Source: a virus
IMG/VR virus record: IMGVR_UViG_3300028840_002336
Coordinates: 6,145-70,144 of that record
Length of the DNA stretch: 64,000 nt
Strand: one strand, 5' to 3'
Below the pieces are notes generated by a model. The model saw only the letters and a list, made by a program, of their open reading frames with translations, ran no database searches and was not told where the DNA came from. Below, piece by piece: positions 37,541 to 48,200 of the stretch (within the stretch, counting starts at the first letter, position 1; every line of letters begins with the position of its first letter). Both the position numbers and the translations under genes were made by a program.

Positions 37541-40486
37541 CTAGTCGGGGCGCCCCACCTTCACGTCAGCCGGCATCGGGGGCCGGCGCAACACCGGGTT
37601 CCGGCCGCTGCTCTTCTCGAGCACCCGGCCAGGCACCGGCACCGCGGTGGCCGTGCCGTCACCGCAGTGCGGGCAGGCCGACAGCATGGCCGCGAAGTGA
37701 CCGTTGCAGCTCTTGCAGAGCTGCCCCTGGTTGACCACGGCGCGCTGGGGGCCCAGCTCCACCGACTCTCCCTTCTCGAGGTACTGCTCGACGGCGAGGT
37801 CGGCGGCGTTGCTGTAGAGCACCGTGGCACCGGAGCCCTGGTCCCAGACGCGCGCCTTGACCATCGGCTCGGGCTCTGGGGGCGGGGGCGCGCCGGGCAC
37901 GCCCACCTGGGTGTCGTGGCTCTTCTGGAGCTGGCCGGCGACCACCGCGTCGGCGTAGGCGCGGTCGCGATCGAGGCCGTTGGGGCTCGCGTCGAAGCTC
38001 TTGTTGACCGAGCGCTCCAGCGGCTTCTTGCCCGGCTTCATCTGCTGGTTCTCGTCGTCGTCATCCTCGGAGAGCTTCTGCTTCTTGCCCTTGCCGGGGC
38101 TCTCCTCGCCGGGCACGCCCTTCGGGGTGTTGCTGCCGCTGGTCTTCCCGGTGCCCTCGAGCTTGCCGCCCTCCTTCTGAGACGACACCTCGGTCGACCC
38201 GGACGGGAGCTGGGACGGCTGGCCGAGCTGCATCCCGCCGCTCATGCCGCTGCTCTGGTTGTGGACCGAGCCGCCGGGGGTGACGACGATGCCCTTCTCG
38301 AAGAGGTCTTCCTGGCCGCCCTCGTCGGCGTCGCTGCCGTCGTAGATCTCGTCCAGGCTCTTCTGCATGGGATCGTTGGCCTCGAGCCAGGAGTCGATGT
38401 CGCGACTCTTGACCATGTCGCTCTCCTCGTCGATGCTCTTCTTGGCGAAGTCGTCACGGCTGACGTGCTTCACCCGGTCACTCGTGACGTGCTCATGAAA
38501 CTCGTCGTGTGGGGTCACCTTGCCGACGCCCTTGGGGCCGGTACCGCCGACCTTCTTGTACCCCTCGTCACCGACGTGCTCGTACCTGGAGACGGCACCC
38601 GACTTGTGGCTGACGATCAGCTGATGCCCCTTCTCGGCGTTCTTGGCGACCGCCCGGCGAGCGCTGCGCCCTTCGCCCCAGTGCACCCCCTCCTTGCGGT
38701 CCTCTGCCTTCGACGGGATCGCGCCCTTCCCACGCTGGCCGCGGATGACGTTCTCGTGCGCGCGCCCGCTCTCGTCCATCGCCGCCTTGGCAGCCTCGTA
38801 ACCCTTCGGGTCCTTCGCTGCGCCGGGATGTGCGAGGAATGCGGCCTTCGCCTTCTCGTGCGCCTTCTTCGTCTTGTCCCGCGCCTTGATGTGCTTCTTC
38901 TGGAGCAGGTGGTCGTGATCGCCAGCCGTGGCCTCGTCGTGGAACTGGTCAGCCATCGCCTTCGCGGCCGCGCGTCGGGTCGCCGGGTCGAACTGGTGGC
39001 CCTTGCCGCTGCCGTGATCCTTGGCGTACTTCTTCGACGCGCTATCGGCGAGGTACCCGAAGAGCTTGGCCGCCTTGTGGTGCTCGTACTTACCCTCGGC
39101 CATCTTGTTGACGAGGTTGCGGCGGATGGGCTCGTGCTGCTGACGGTGCAGGTCACCGTCGTTCTCGGTGTAGAGATGCAGCTCCCTGGCGCCGTGCTCG
39201 TCGTGGTCCTTGTGCGCCATCTGCGCCTTGCCGCCGGCCTCACGCTTCTCGTCCCAGGGGATCGTGTGCTGAGGATTGGCCCACTTGCCACCCTTCGGGC
39301 CGATGTAAGGGCCGCCGCTCTTGGCGAAGCTCTCGAGCTGATCGAATGCTGACATAGCGTCTCCTTTGCCGAGCCCCTTGATCTTGCGATGCCTCGCCAA
39401 GTCGTGGGCCTGTTTCATCTTGTGATGGTGTGAACGCATCATGGCGTGCTTCTCAGCCTCAGCCCCCACGCGAGTCTGCTCCGCCGCGCTCTGACTGCGA
39501 GCGCCCGCCCGGTCGTGGCTGTGCATTGCCTCGGTGTGGTCCTCTACGGACCAGCCCTTGTGCTGCTTCTCGAATGCAGCGCTCAGGCGAGTCCCCCGCA
39601 TGGCGGCGTGCTTCAACGCCCCCGTGCGCTCGTGCTGGCCACGCATGTACTTCCGCGCGCTGCGGTAGATCGGCTTTCCCGAGCTGGTGTGCCCGATGAT
39701 GTTGCCGCCCCTCGAGCCCTCGCCGGCGCCAGCCTTCTCGAGTGCCTCGAATGCTGCCATAGCAACGTCTCCCTTCTTCATCGCGGCCTTCTCTTTGGCC
39801 TTCTTCGCGCGGCGTAGCCGAGCGTTCACGCTAGAAATCTCCTTGTGGTACCGCTGCGCTGCCTCGTGCGCGCCACCGTGCACGTCCGCCAGCTTGCGCG
39901 CCTCATTCCGCGCATTGGTGACGTGGTGCTTCGCCCGCTCGAGGTGATGGATATGCTTATCGTGATCCTTGGCTTCCTTGGCGTCCGTCGCTGCGCGGCT
40001 GTGCTCGCCGAACTTGTCGGCGTGGGGGAACCACTTGCCGTAGGTCGCTTGCTTCGACGGCTCCTTCCCCTTCTCCTTCTTCGAGTCGTAGTGGTGCGCC
40101 ATCGCATCACTGTGCGCGGATATCATGTCGTAGTGGCGCCCGGCACGTTCGGCATGGTGGGTCGCCTCAGCCTTGAGCTTCTCCAGACGCCCCTTCTCTT
40201 CGGGCTTGGGGCCATGCCCCCGGCCGCTCTCGAGGTGCTCGATTTCTCGATAGCGCGCGTCGTGCTCGCCTTCGTGATGGCTGGCCCGGTCCTCGTGGTG
40301 CTTCATCTGAGTGGTGTGCACCTTCTCAGCGTCCGCGTGATCTGCCGCGGTGTAGTGCTTGAAGTGCGCTGGACTCAGCTGGGCACCGGCAGACGGCGCG
40401 TAGATCGGCTTGCCGCTCGCAGTGTGGCCGATGACCTTCCCGCCCCTGGAGCCTTCGCCTGCGCCCTTTTCCAGAGTATCCGCCAT
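37541..40486 (-). CDS. Modular His/Lys-rich putative internal head protein with leader motifs and C-terminal Zn ribbon
   Basis: Two GEGSRGG.(V/I)IGHT.SGKPIY repeats, one GPYIGPKGGKWANPQHTIPW leader, many K-(S/A/G) sites, and CKSC...CPHC. Confidence 0.75.
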   Translation of the reverse strand: MADTLEKGAGEGSRGGKVIGHTASGKPIYAPSAGAQLSPAHFKHYTAADHADAEKVHTTQMKHHEDRASHHEGEHDARYREIEHLESGRGHGPKPEEKGRLEKLKAEATHHAERAGRHYDMISAHSDAMAHHYDSKKEKGKEPSKQATYGKWFPHADKFGEHSRAATDAKEAKDHDKHIHHLERAKHHVTNARNEARKLADVHGGAHEAAQRYHKEISSVNARLRRAKKAKEKAAMKKGDVAMAAFEALEKAGAGEGSRGGNIIGHTSSGKPIYRSARKYMRGQHERTGALKHAAMRGTRLSAAFEKQHKGWSVEDHTEAMHSHDRAGARSQSAAEQTRVGAEAEKHAMMRSHHHKMKQAHDLARHRKIKGLGKGDAMSAFDQLESFAKSGGPYIGPKGGKWANPQHTIPWDEKREAGGKAQMAHKDHDEHGARELHLYTENDGDLHRQQHEPIRRNLVNKMAEGKYEHHKAAKLFGYLADSASKKYAKDHGSGKGHQFDPATRRAAAKAMADQFHDEATAGDHDHLLQKKHIKARDKTKKAHEKAKAAFLAHPGAAKDPKGYEAAKAAMDESGRAHENVIRGQRGKGAIPSKAEDRKEGVHWGEGRSARRAVAKNAEKGHQLIVSHKSGAVSRYEHVGDEGYKKVGGTGPKGVGKVTPHDEFHEHVTSDRVKHVSRDDFAKKSIDEESDMVKSRDIDSWLEANDPMQKSLDEIYDGSDADEGGQEDLFEKGIVVTPGGSVHNQSSGMSGGMQLGQPSQLPSGSTEVSSQKEGGKLEGTGKTSGSNTPKGVPGEESPGKGKKQKLSEDDDDENQQMKPGKKPLERSVNKSFDASPNGLDRDRAYADAVVAGQLQKSHDTQVGVPGAPPPPEPEPMVKARVWDQGSGATVLYSNAADLAVEQYLEKGESVELGPQRAVVNQGQLCKSCNGHFAAMLSACPHCGDGTATAVPVPGRVLEKSSGRNPVLRRPPMPADVKVGRPD

Positions 40487-40540
40487 GTCGCTCTCCCGGT
40501 TTCCAGCCAGTCTATACTCGGCTGGCGCTGAGGCCCAGAC

Positions 40541-43500
40541 TTATAGTCGGCCGACGATTTTCCCGACTTTCTCCATGTCGTCGCGGTGCTTGGTCTTGGG
40601 GGACTCGCCGAAGCCCAGGTCGGAGAGCGCCTCCGGTGCCTCCGCGTGGAGCTTGTTGGCTAGGGCCCTGGCCGATGAGACGTCCTTGGTGCCCGTGACC
40701 GTCAGGCCGGACGGCCGGTGGGTGATGGCGTACTTCTCGCCGCCCCGGCCGGTGACCGACTCGTGGACGCTCCACTGGCCAGCGGTGTGCTTGGTGTCCA
40801 GTTCGGTGACGCCCTCGCCCGCGGTGCGCCGCATCGCCAGCTTGACCTTCTTCGGATCGGTGTGCTGCTTGACCTCCGCGTGCTGCTCCTTGCGCCACTT
40901 CTTGTCGAGGTCGGTGTGCTTGATCTCCTTGTCGATGCCGTGCTTCTTCTTGTGCTCGGCGAGCGCCATGTCGCGCGTTGCCGGGCCGCGCCCGACGCCG
41001 GGGTGGTCGATGACGTAGTCGTGATACTTCTCCCCGCCGGGTGCCGTCGGGTCCTCGACGGTGTAGGTAGTGGTCCGGTGCCCGCGGTCGATGACGGTGG
41101 CCTCGACGTGGTGGTAGGGGTCCTCGCCCTTGGCGCGCAGGTCCGCGCGCTTCTTGGCGTCGGCCTTCTTCTGCCGCTTGTGCGCGTCCTCGACGAGCTT
41201 CGCCTCGCGCTTGAGCTTCTCCTTGTGCGCCTGGCGAGCTGCCTCCTTGCGCTCCTGTTCCTTCTTCTTGCGCATGGCCTCGCGCTCTTCCCAAATCGCG
41301 CTCGCCTTCGCCTTGATGTCCTCGTGTGAGGCCTTCGCCTCCGCCTCGATCTTCTTCGCCTCGGGCGAGAGGTTCTTGATGCCGAAGTCGGACGCGTCGG
41401 GGAGCTTCGGCAGCCGCTTCAAGCCGCGGCGCTTCGCGCCTAGATAGTCGTCCCAGGCCTTCCGATAATCGGCGGCACCGCCCTTCGTGCCCATGCCGGT
41501 ATCCTTGGCCTTGTCGTTCATCTCCTTCACCGTCTCGACGACAGCCTGCTTGTGCTCCGTGCCGGCCTTCCGCTTGTCGTAGTAGGCCTGGTGCCCCTCC
41601 AGCTCGATCCGCTGGTGCTCGGGAAGATGGTGGCCGTGCTCGTCGTAAAAGGCCTTCTTCTGATCGGCCGTGCTGTAGGCCATGTGCACGCCGACGTGCT
41701 TGATGTGGCCCTTCTCGTCCATCTTCATCACGGCCGCGCCGGAGTAGGTGCTGGCCTTCGGCTTGTTCCAGCGGCCGGTCTTCGGGTTCTTGGTCTGCGA
41801 CATCATGCGCGTGCCGCGCCCCTTCTTCGTTTCCAGCCAGTACCGCATCTGGGTGCGGGTCTTCCGGCCGTAGGGGTAGTCGTCGACGACGTAGGCCGTC
41901 TCCGCGCTGTTGTGCTTGGGGCTCAGCGTGTCCCCGGGCTGGTAGGGGCCCTTGCCGGCTACCGCGGCGCCAGCGCTGGTCGCCTTCCCCTGGGAGTCCT
42001 TGAAGCGCTCGTCGACCGCGGCCTTCGTCTGCTCCCGCTTTCCAGCCTTTTCCGGGGCCGGCTTCGGGCCAGGCTTCGGGGGCTCTGCCGGCGGCGGGGG
42101 CGAGTCCTGCCCGAACGCGAGCTGCTTCGGGTCGTCGAGAGCCTCCTTCGGCGCGATCAGGTGGCGCGACACGGTATCCGTGGCGCCGCTCTCGAGCCGA
42201 TCGAGCACGTGCGCGGTGTCGCGCGGCTTGCTCTCGTACCCAGGAAGCGGCTTGTTGGTCTTGGCGTCGACGCCGGTGACGTCCCACTTCCCGCTGGGGA
42301 GCTTGGTCGCGGTGAAGCGCGCGTCGATGACCGCTCCCTCGTCCTGGGGCTGGTCCGCGTCGTCACTGTCGGTCGGGTCGTAGTCCATCGCCCAGGTGTA
42401 GGTCGCCTTCGCCGGGAGCTTCTGCATCTGCTCGTGCGTCGGGTCGCTGATCTCCTCCAGGTCACCGTCCTCGTCGTACTTCCCGGGGTGGTACTGCTCC
42501 CAGTGGTCGACGCCCGAGGTGCCGGCGAGCTTCTTCGTCGACAGCGTGTCGGCGACGCCCTTCGCCTCCTTGAAGCCGACGTGCTTGCCGTTGCGGCGTT
42601 CCTGCCACTTGGTGTCGCTGACCTTCACCATCTGGTGGCCTTCGCCGAAGTCGAGCGTCGTGCCCTGGGGGACGGAGTTGAGCTTGGCCTCCGCGCGGCC
42701 CTTGAACTCGAGCACCGACTTGTCCGACGGCATCCGCTCCCAGCCGGCCTGGCTCTCGCCCAGGTCGCGCTTCACCTTCTCCGTCGTCGTCTTGGGGGTG
42801 GGCGGTGACGGAGGCCTGGTCGGCGACTTCACCGGCGTCGAGGTTCCCCCGCCCTGGCGGCGGATCGAGCCCTCAGCGGCCTGAGACATGAATGTCGAGA
42901 GGCCGAACGAGGTGTGCATCTTCGACTTGGTGTAGCCGTACGCCTCACCGTTGCGGAACATCGACCACTCGCCGCTCGCGTCCTTCGTGGCGACGTACTT
43001 CGCCCCGTCGGCCATGCCCGTCCACGAGTAGGACGTCGCTGCCGGGTCGTCGGTGAGCCCGCGCTCCCCGGGGAACTTGGCCGGCTTGCCGGCCGGCTCC
43101 TTCTTCTCCCGCCGTTGCGTAGCGTCGTGCTTCTTCACCCACGCCACGGCTTCCTTGACGTTCTTGGCGCGCGTCACGAACCCGCCGGTACCGTCATTGG
43201 TGTGGATGTACTTGCCGGAGCGCTTGTCGTGGGAGATGTTGATCTCGAAGCCGCCTGGCGACGTGTAGATGGTAGTGCGTCCGTCGCTCGTCTCCGTCTT
43301 CTCCCAGCCCTTGGGGATCGGCCCCGGGTGGTTCCAGGCGCCCGGCTTCGGGTCGGGCATCCGCTCGAAGCCCGGCTCGCTCTTCTTCTCACCGATCGGC
43401 TGTAGGCCGGCGTGACCGAGCTTCGAGAGCACCGCGTGGAGCGCCTCGGGGTGGCCACGCATCTCGTGCTCGCGCCCAGAAAACCCTTCACGCGTGTTGC

Positions 43501-45268
43501 CCGTGCGCTCGAAGTGCACGGTCTTGTCGCCGACCTTCAGCGAGAAATCGCCAAAGCCCTCGTGCTTGAGGTCGCCCGCCGCCTTCGAGGCGTTGACGAA
43601 GTCACTGTCGACGTAGTGCTTGCCGCCACGCGCGATGTAGCCGGTCTTACCGGTGAGCTTCTCCTGGGCCTGAGCCGGCTTCTCGACGGTCGCGGCCGGC
43701 ACGGGCTCGACCTTCGGCTTCTCGGCCGGCTTCGGCGCCGGAACTGCGGGCACCTTGCCCTTCGGCGGCTCGCCCTTCCACTGGGTGCCCTTCTTCTCGC
43801 CACGCTTCCCACCAATGGTGAACGTGAGGCCTTCGGCTGGGACGTCGCCCTTCGGAGGCTTCTTCTCCGGCGGCGGCTCCGCAACCTTCGGCTTCTCCGG
43901 CTTCGCCGGACCCTCCTTCACATACTCGCCCTCGGCGACCTTGCGATAGCCGCCCGGGGTGAGCCCGCCGACGGGCGTGACGACCTGGCTGTGCAGCGCG
44001 TTGTGCACGTCCTGCTCGAGCGCGGCGATCTCCGTCTCCATGCCGCCGGTCTCGCTCTGCGTCTTCCTCGCCGACACGTAACTGGCCATGTTCTCGTAAG
44101 CCTGGGCCAGGCCCTTCTCACCGGCCTCGCGTGCGGACGCAGCTCGACGACGGAGCGCGTTCGGCGTGTTGCCCTTACCGGGGGCGCCGAACTTCTCGAT
44201 GAACTTCTCGGTGGCGACCTTCGCGCGCTTCTCCGTCGTCTCCGGCTTGGCGACCGCTTCCGCGGCCTTCTTCTTGGCCTCCGCCCGCTTCGCCTTCGTG
44301 TCGCGCGCCTTCTTCTTCTCGGCGTCGACCTTCACGCGTGACTCGTGACCGATACGCGTGGCCGTCTCGGTGTCGCGGCCCAGGCCGAACTTGCGCGGGT
44401 TGGGCTCGACGCCCTTCTTCGCGGCGCGGTGGTACTTGTCCATCGCCCGGCGGTAGCCCTCGACGTCCTTCTTCGGCTCCGGCTTCGGCTTCTCCCCGGG
44501 CTTCTGCCGCCGGTCGCCGCCCTGGCCGGTCTTCTCCGGGGGTACGTAGCCCGCCTTGTGCGCCTGGGCGATCTGCTTGGCTGCATACTCGCGCGCGTAC
44601 TGCGTCTTGAGGTGCTTGTCCCAGGCGCCCTTCGAGGTCTCGCGGATCTTCTGCTTGGCCGCGTGCAGACCGTGCACGAGGTGCGCCTCGCGAGAATCCT
44701 TGTACGCCTTGTCCGCGTGGATGTGCAGCACATCCTTGTCGCGCTCGTGAGCTGCTTCCTTCTCGGCGTGCATGTCGGCGTGGCGCTGCTTCGCCGTGTC
44801 GCGCGCGGTCTCGATTATCGTCTTGGCGTCGTCGTGGCCCTGCCCCTTGAGCTGCCGGTCCCAGTGCCAGAGCGCCTTGTGCCCGACGTGGTCCTTCTCG
44901 CGCTTCGCCCGCGCCTTGTTGTGCTTGATGGCGGTGCTCTTGCCCTTCGCGGTGAGGTTGCCGGTGGGGTGCATCATGCCGCGCGCCTGGAGGTCGGCCT
45001 TGATGCCCTTCGGCAAGTCGTCGGCTTTGCCTTGCTTGCTGTAGACGTAGAGCAGCGCTTCCTTGTGGTCCTTGCCGATCATGCCGCGCTTCGCGAGATG
45101 GCTGGTGTGCTCCATCTCGTGAGCCTTGGCGCCGACCTCCTTGTGGCCACCGTGCTCGGGCTTCCACGGGATCGTGTGTTTCGCGTCCGCCCATTTGCCC
45201 CCCTTCGGGCCGATGTAGAGCGCCTTGTCGAGGCTGTCGACAGAGGTCTTCAAGGTGACGTCGCTCAC
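40541..45268 (-). CDS. Giant basic modular protein (1575 aa) starting with the leader motif
   Basis: SLDKALYIGPKGGKWADAKHTIPW at the N-terminus; several small globular segments separated by Pro/Lys linkers. Confidence 0.75.
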   Translation of the reverse strand: MSDVTLKTSVDSLDKALYIGPKGGKWADAKHTIPWKPEHGGHKEVGAKAHEMEHTSHLAKRGMIGKDHKEALLYVYSKQGKADDLPKGIKADLQARGMMHPTGNLTAKGKSTAIKHNKARAKREKDHVGHKALWHWDRQLKGQGHDDAKTIIETARDTAKQRHADMHAEKEAAHERDKDVLHIHADKAYKDSREAHLVHGLHAAKQKIRETSKGAWDKHLKTQYAREYAAKQIAQAHKAGYVPPEKTGQGGDRRQKPGEKPKPEPKKDVEGYRRAMDKYHRAAKKGVEPNPRKFGLGRDTETATRIGHESRVKVDAEKKKARDTKAKRAEAKKKAAEAVAKPETTEKRAKVATEKFIEKFGAPGKGNTPNALRRRAASAREAGEKGLAQAYENMASYVSARKTQSETGGMETEIAALEQDVHNALHSQVVTPVGGLTPGGYRKVAEGEYVKEGPAKPEKPKVAEPPPEKKPPKGDVPAEGLTFTIGGKRGEKKGTQWKGEPPKGKVPAVPAPKPAEKPKVEPVPAATVEKPAQAQEKLTGKTGYIARGGKHYVDSDFVNASKAAGDLKHEGFGDFSLKVGDKTVHFERTGNTREGFSGREHEMRGHPEALHAVLSKLGHAGLQPIGEKKSEPGFERMPDPKPGAWNHPGPIPKGWEKTETSDGRTTIYTSPGGFEINISHDKRSGKYIHTNDGTGGFVTRAKNVKEAVAWVKKHDATQRREKKEPAGKPAKFPGERGLTDDPAATSYSWTGMADGAKYVATKDASGEWSMFRNGEAYGYTKSKMHTSFGLSTFMSQAAEGSIRRQGGGTSTPVKSPTRPPSPPTPKTTTEKVKRDLGESQAGWERMPSDKSVLEFKGRAEAKLNSVPQGTTLDFGEGHQMVKVSDTKWQERRNGKHVGFKEAKGVADTLSTKKLAGTSGVDHWEQYHPGKYDEDGDLEEISDPTHEQMQKLPAKATYTWAMDYDPTDSDDADQPQDEGAVIDARFTATKLPSGKWDVTGVDAKTNKPLPGYESKPRDTAHVLDRLESGATDTVSRHLIAPKEALDDPKQLAFGQDSPPPPAEPPKPGPKPAPEKAGKREQTKAAVDERFKDSQGKATSAGAAVAGKGPYQPGDTLSPKHNSAETAYVVDDYPYGRKTRTQMRYWLETKKGRGTRMMSQTKNPKTGRWNKPKASTYSGAAVMKMDEKGHIKHVGVHMAYSTADQKKAFYDEHGHHLPEHQRIELEGHQAYYDKRKAGTEHKQAVVETVKEMNDKAKDTGMGTKGGAADYRKAWDDYLGAKRRGLKRLPKLPDASDFGIKNLSPEAKKIEAEAKASHEDIKAKASAIWEEREAMRKKKEQERKEAARQAHKEKLKREAKLVEDAHKRQKKADAKKRADLRAKGEDPYHHVEATVIDRGHRTTTYTVEDPTAPGGEKYHDYVIDHPGVGRGPATRDMALAEHKKKHGIDKEIKHTDLDKKWRKEQHAEVKQHTDPKKVKLAMRRTAGEGVTELDTKHTAGQWSVHESVTGRGGEKYAITHRPSGLTVTGTKDVSSARALANKLHAEAPEALSDLGFGESPKTKHRDDMEKVGKIVGRL

Positions 45269-48200
45269 TGCTCTCTCCTCTCGAGGATGTAGAACCCCTT
45301 AGCCAGCCTCTCGGCCACACGCTTCGGTGGCGGCGGGGCTGCGTGCTCTTCAAAGATCAGGCCGTGCTCGCGCGCGTACGCGGCCGCGGCCAGGCTTGCG
45401 TTGTAGGCCAGCGGGTAGGGCAGGAACTCGACGTGCTGGCTGTCCTTGTCGTCGTCTAGGTGCAGGCAGGCACCCTGGCCCTTCCACTCCCAGGCCACCG
45501 TCGTCGGCAGCATCCCCCGGCCGCGCAGCCGCGCATCGGCCGCCTGGAGAATGAGCCTGACGATGGCGATCTTAGGGTCCGCGCCCTGTAGCTCCGCCTT
45601 CACGAGGTCGTCGTCGAGGTGGCCCAGGTCGAGCGCCTTCTTCACCCACTCGGCGGTGTCAGACAGCTCGTAGCCCGCCTCCCGCCGCTGCTTGATCTCG
45701 TCAGCGACGTCGGCCAACTTCATGTTGGTACTGAAATCGGCACCGACCTTCTCTTCCAACTCGAGGTAGGTCTCGAAGAGATTGGGGTTATACTTCGCCG
45801 CGACCATGGTGTCCTCGCGGGAGGCGAAGACGCAGAAGACGCAGCTCAGCCGGCGCATCCCCAGGTCGTACGCCTTGTGGTGCGCGACCCCGGACTCTTC
45901 GATCTTCTTCCAGACCTTCTCTTCCCGCCAGCGGTGGATGGGGAACCAGTCGTCGACGATCTGGTTGCTGTTCTCGAGGGTGCGGCCGAAGTTTTCCATC
46001 GCAAGGCGCCCGCTCGACTCCTGGGCGCGGATGCCCATGGCGTTGAGCACCTTACCCGCCCGGCCGTGCTTCGCCTTGATGTCCTTGTTGAGCTGCGTGA
46101 TCAGCCGATCAACCTCGACGCGCTTGTGGTCGGAAGTACAGAACCGACTCGTCATATCGGGCCAGGCGATGTTCTTACCCCAGTCGACAGCCCAGTCCCA
46201 GGGGTCGCCCTTGGCCTCGAGCGCGGCGAGCTTCTCGCGCGCATCGTCGACCCGGGCCTTCGCGTTAACTCGCGCCTTGTCGCTCTTCGCCCCCGCACCC
46301 TTCTTCGTCCACGTGTCGATGCTCCCCTGGAGCTTCGCCATCGCCTTCTCGTGCTTCTTGGCAACAGCGTTACGCTTATGCTTCGCGCGGCGCACCAGCT
46401 CGGAGGCGCGCCTCGCACCCTCCCATTTCGACGAGCCCTTGCCCGAGCCGATGATCTTCTCGACGTCACTGGGCTTCATGTCGTGCAGCTGGCGCCAGGT
46501 CTTCACCCCCGCCTCGTGGAGCGCGACGGTGTCGACGTCCTTCTGGGAGAGGTCGCCGTAGCGCTCTTCGATCTGCTCGATCAGGTCATTCTGCTGCCGC
46601 TGCACCACCTCGAAGCGCAGGCCGTAGTGCTCCGCCTGCTTCCGGGCGAGATCCTTCGTCCCCTCCCACTCGACGCGGCCCAGGTCGGCGTGCACCGCGA
46701 TGATCTTCTCGCGTGGAAAGCCCTGACTGTCGGCCACTTCAATAGCACGGGTCATCATGGCCTGGCTGTCCTTGCCGGCCGACGTATTGATGATGATCCA
46801 GTCGTAGCTCTCGAGCTTGGGCGCCCAGTCCTCGTCGCCCTCCTGCTGCCAGGGGGCGCGGCCGGTACCGCTGCCGTAGTCAGGATGGCTCCACTTGTCG
46901 GTCGGCTTCGGCGCCTTCAAGTTGAGCGGCTCGTTGAGCCGCGCGCCGGCCGGGAGCTTCCACTCCGCCGGGTCACCTGGGTCGCGCTTCTGAGCCGCGA
47001 GTAGCCCGTCGCTCTTCGGCTTCATCTTCTGCGCGTCGGTGAGGGCAGGGTCCTTCTCGACGATGGTGTCGAAGAGGCCCAGGGCGGGCTCGGGCGCCGG
47101 CCGCTCTGGCTTCTTCCGCAGCTGCTTGCGGTGACGCTTCCGCCCGTGCACCTCTTCGCGGTAGGGGATCGTGTGGGCAGCGTCTGCCCAACGGCCGCCC
47201 TTGGGCCCGATGTATAGCGCCTTCGAGATCTCGAGCTTGCCACCAGACGCGACCCACTCCTTGATGCCCTCGCGCTTGCGCCCCGTCGTCGTGAACCGGC
47301 CGCCGTGTAGCTTGAGCCCACCCTTCGCCGTCGGGCGCAGCTCGCCGATGGTGGCGAAGTGCCACTCGGCGTCGAGTAGCTCGCTCACCCAGGGGCTGTC
47401 GTAGTTGGGCGCGCCGTCCTCGTCGGTCGCCTGGAGCCAACGGTCGGGGTTGGAGATGAACTGCTTGGCGCCGGCCTCGTCAATGAACCCGAGCTTCTGC
47501 ATCTCGGCAGCCATGCCCTCGCGCCGCGGCTTCGAGATCCAGTCGTTCACCTGGCCGATGTGGTCGGTGTAGTCCATGTCGAAGACCACGTCGTAGACGT
47601 CGTCTTCGGCCTGCGCGCGGGCGCGGTCCTGGGCAGCGGTGAGGGAGCGCGGCGCGTTGTCCTTGCCGTCGCGGCCCACCACCGACGTGATGAAGACGGA
47701 GTCGGCCGTCATCTGGATGTCGCGCCCCTCGAGCACCGCCTGCACCTTGGGGTAGACGTCACCCTTCGGCCCCAGCCCCAGGAGATGGATGCGCTTCACC
47801 TGCGGGCGCGCGTCGAGAAACTCGGCGAGCTGCTCCGGGGTGGCGGCATTCTTCATCATGGGGATCGCGCGGATGTAGTCGCCGCCGACGATCTTCTCGA
47901 CCTCTGCGTCGAAGTCGGCCATCGACTGCGGCCCGAGCTGCACGGCGCACATGATGTTCGCGCCCAGCTCGCGGATGGCCTTCACCTCGTGCTGGTAGCG
48001 GTGCAGCCGCTCGAGCGTCACCGCCTGGTTCCCGACTTGGTCGGGCATCACCGGGTAGAGCTGGTCGCCCAGGGCCTGGGCCAGGTCGTGGTAGAGGTCC
48101 AGGCGCTTCGCCCACTCGTCGTCGGAGATGGGGCTCGTGACCTTCGGCGGCCCGTCCTTCTGTACGGTGACCTCGGAAAAAGCGCCACTATCGACGAAGA

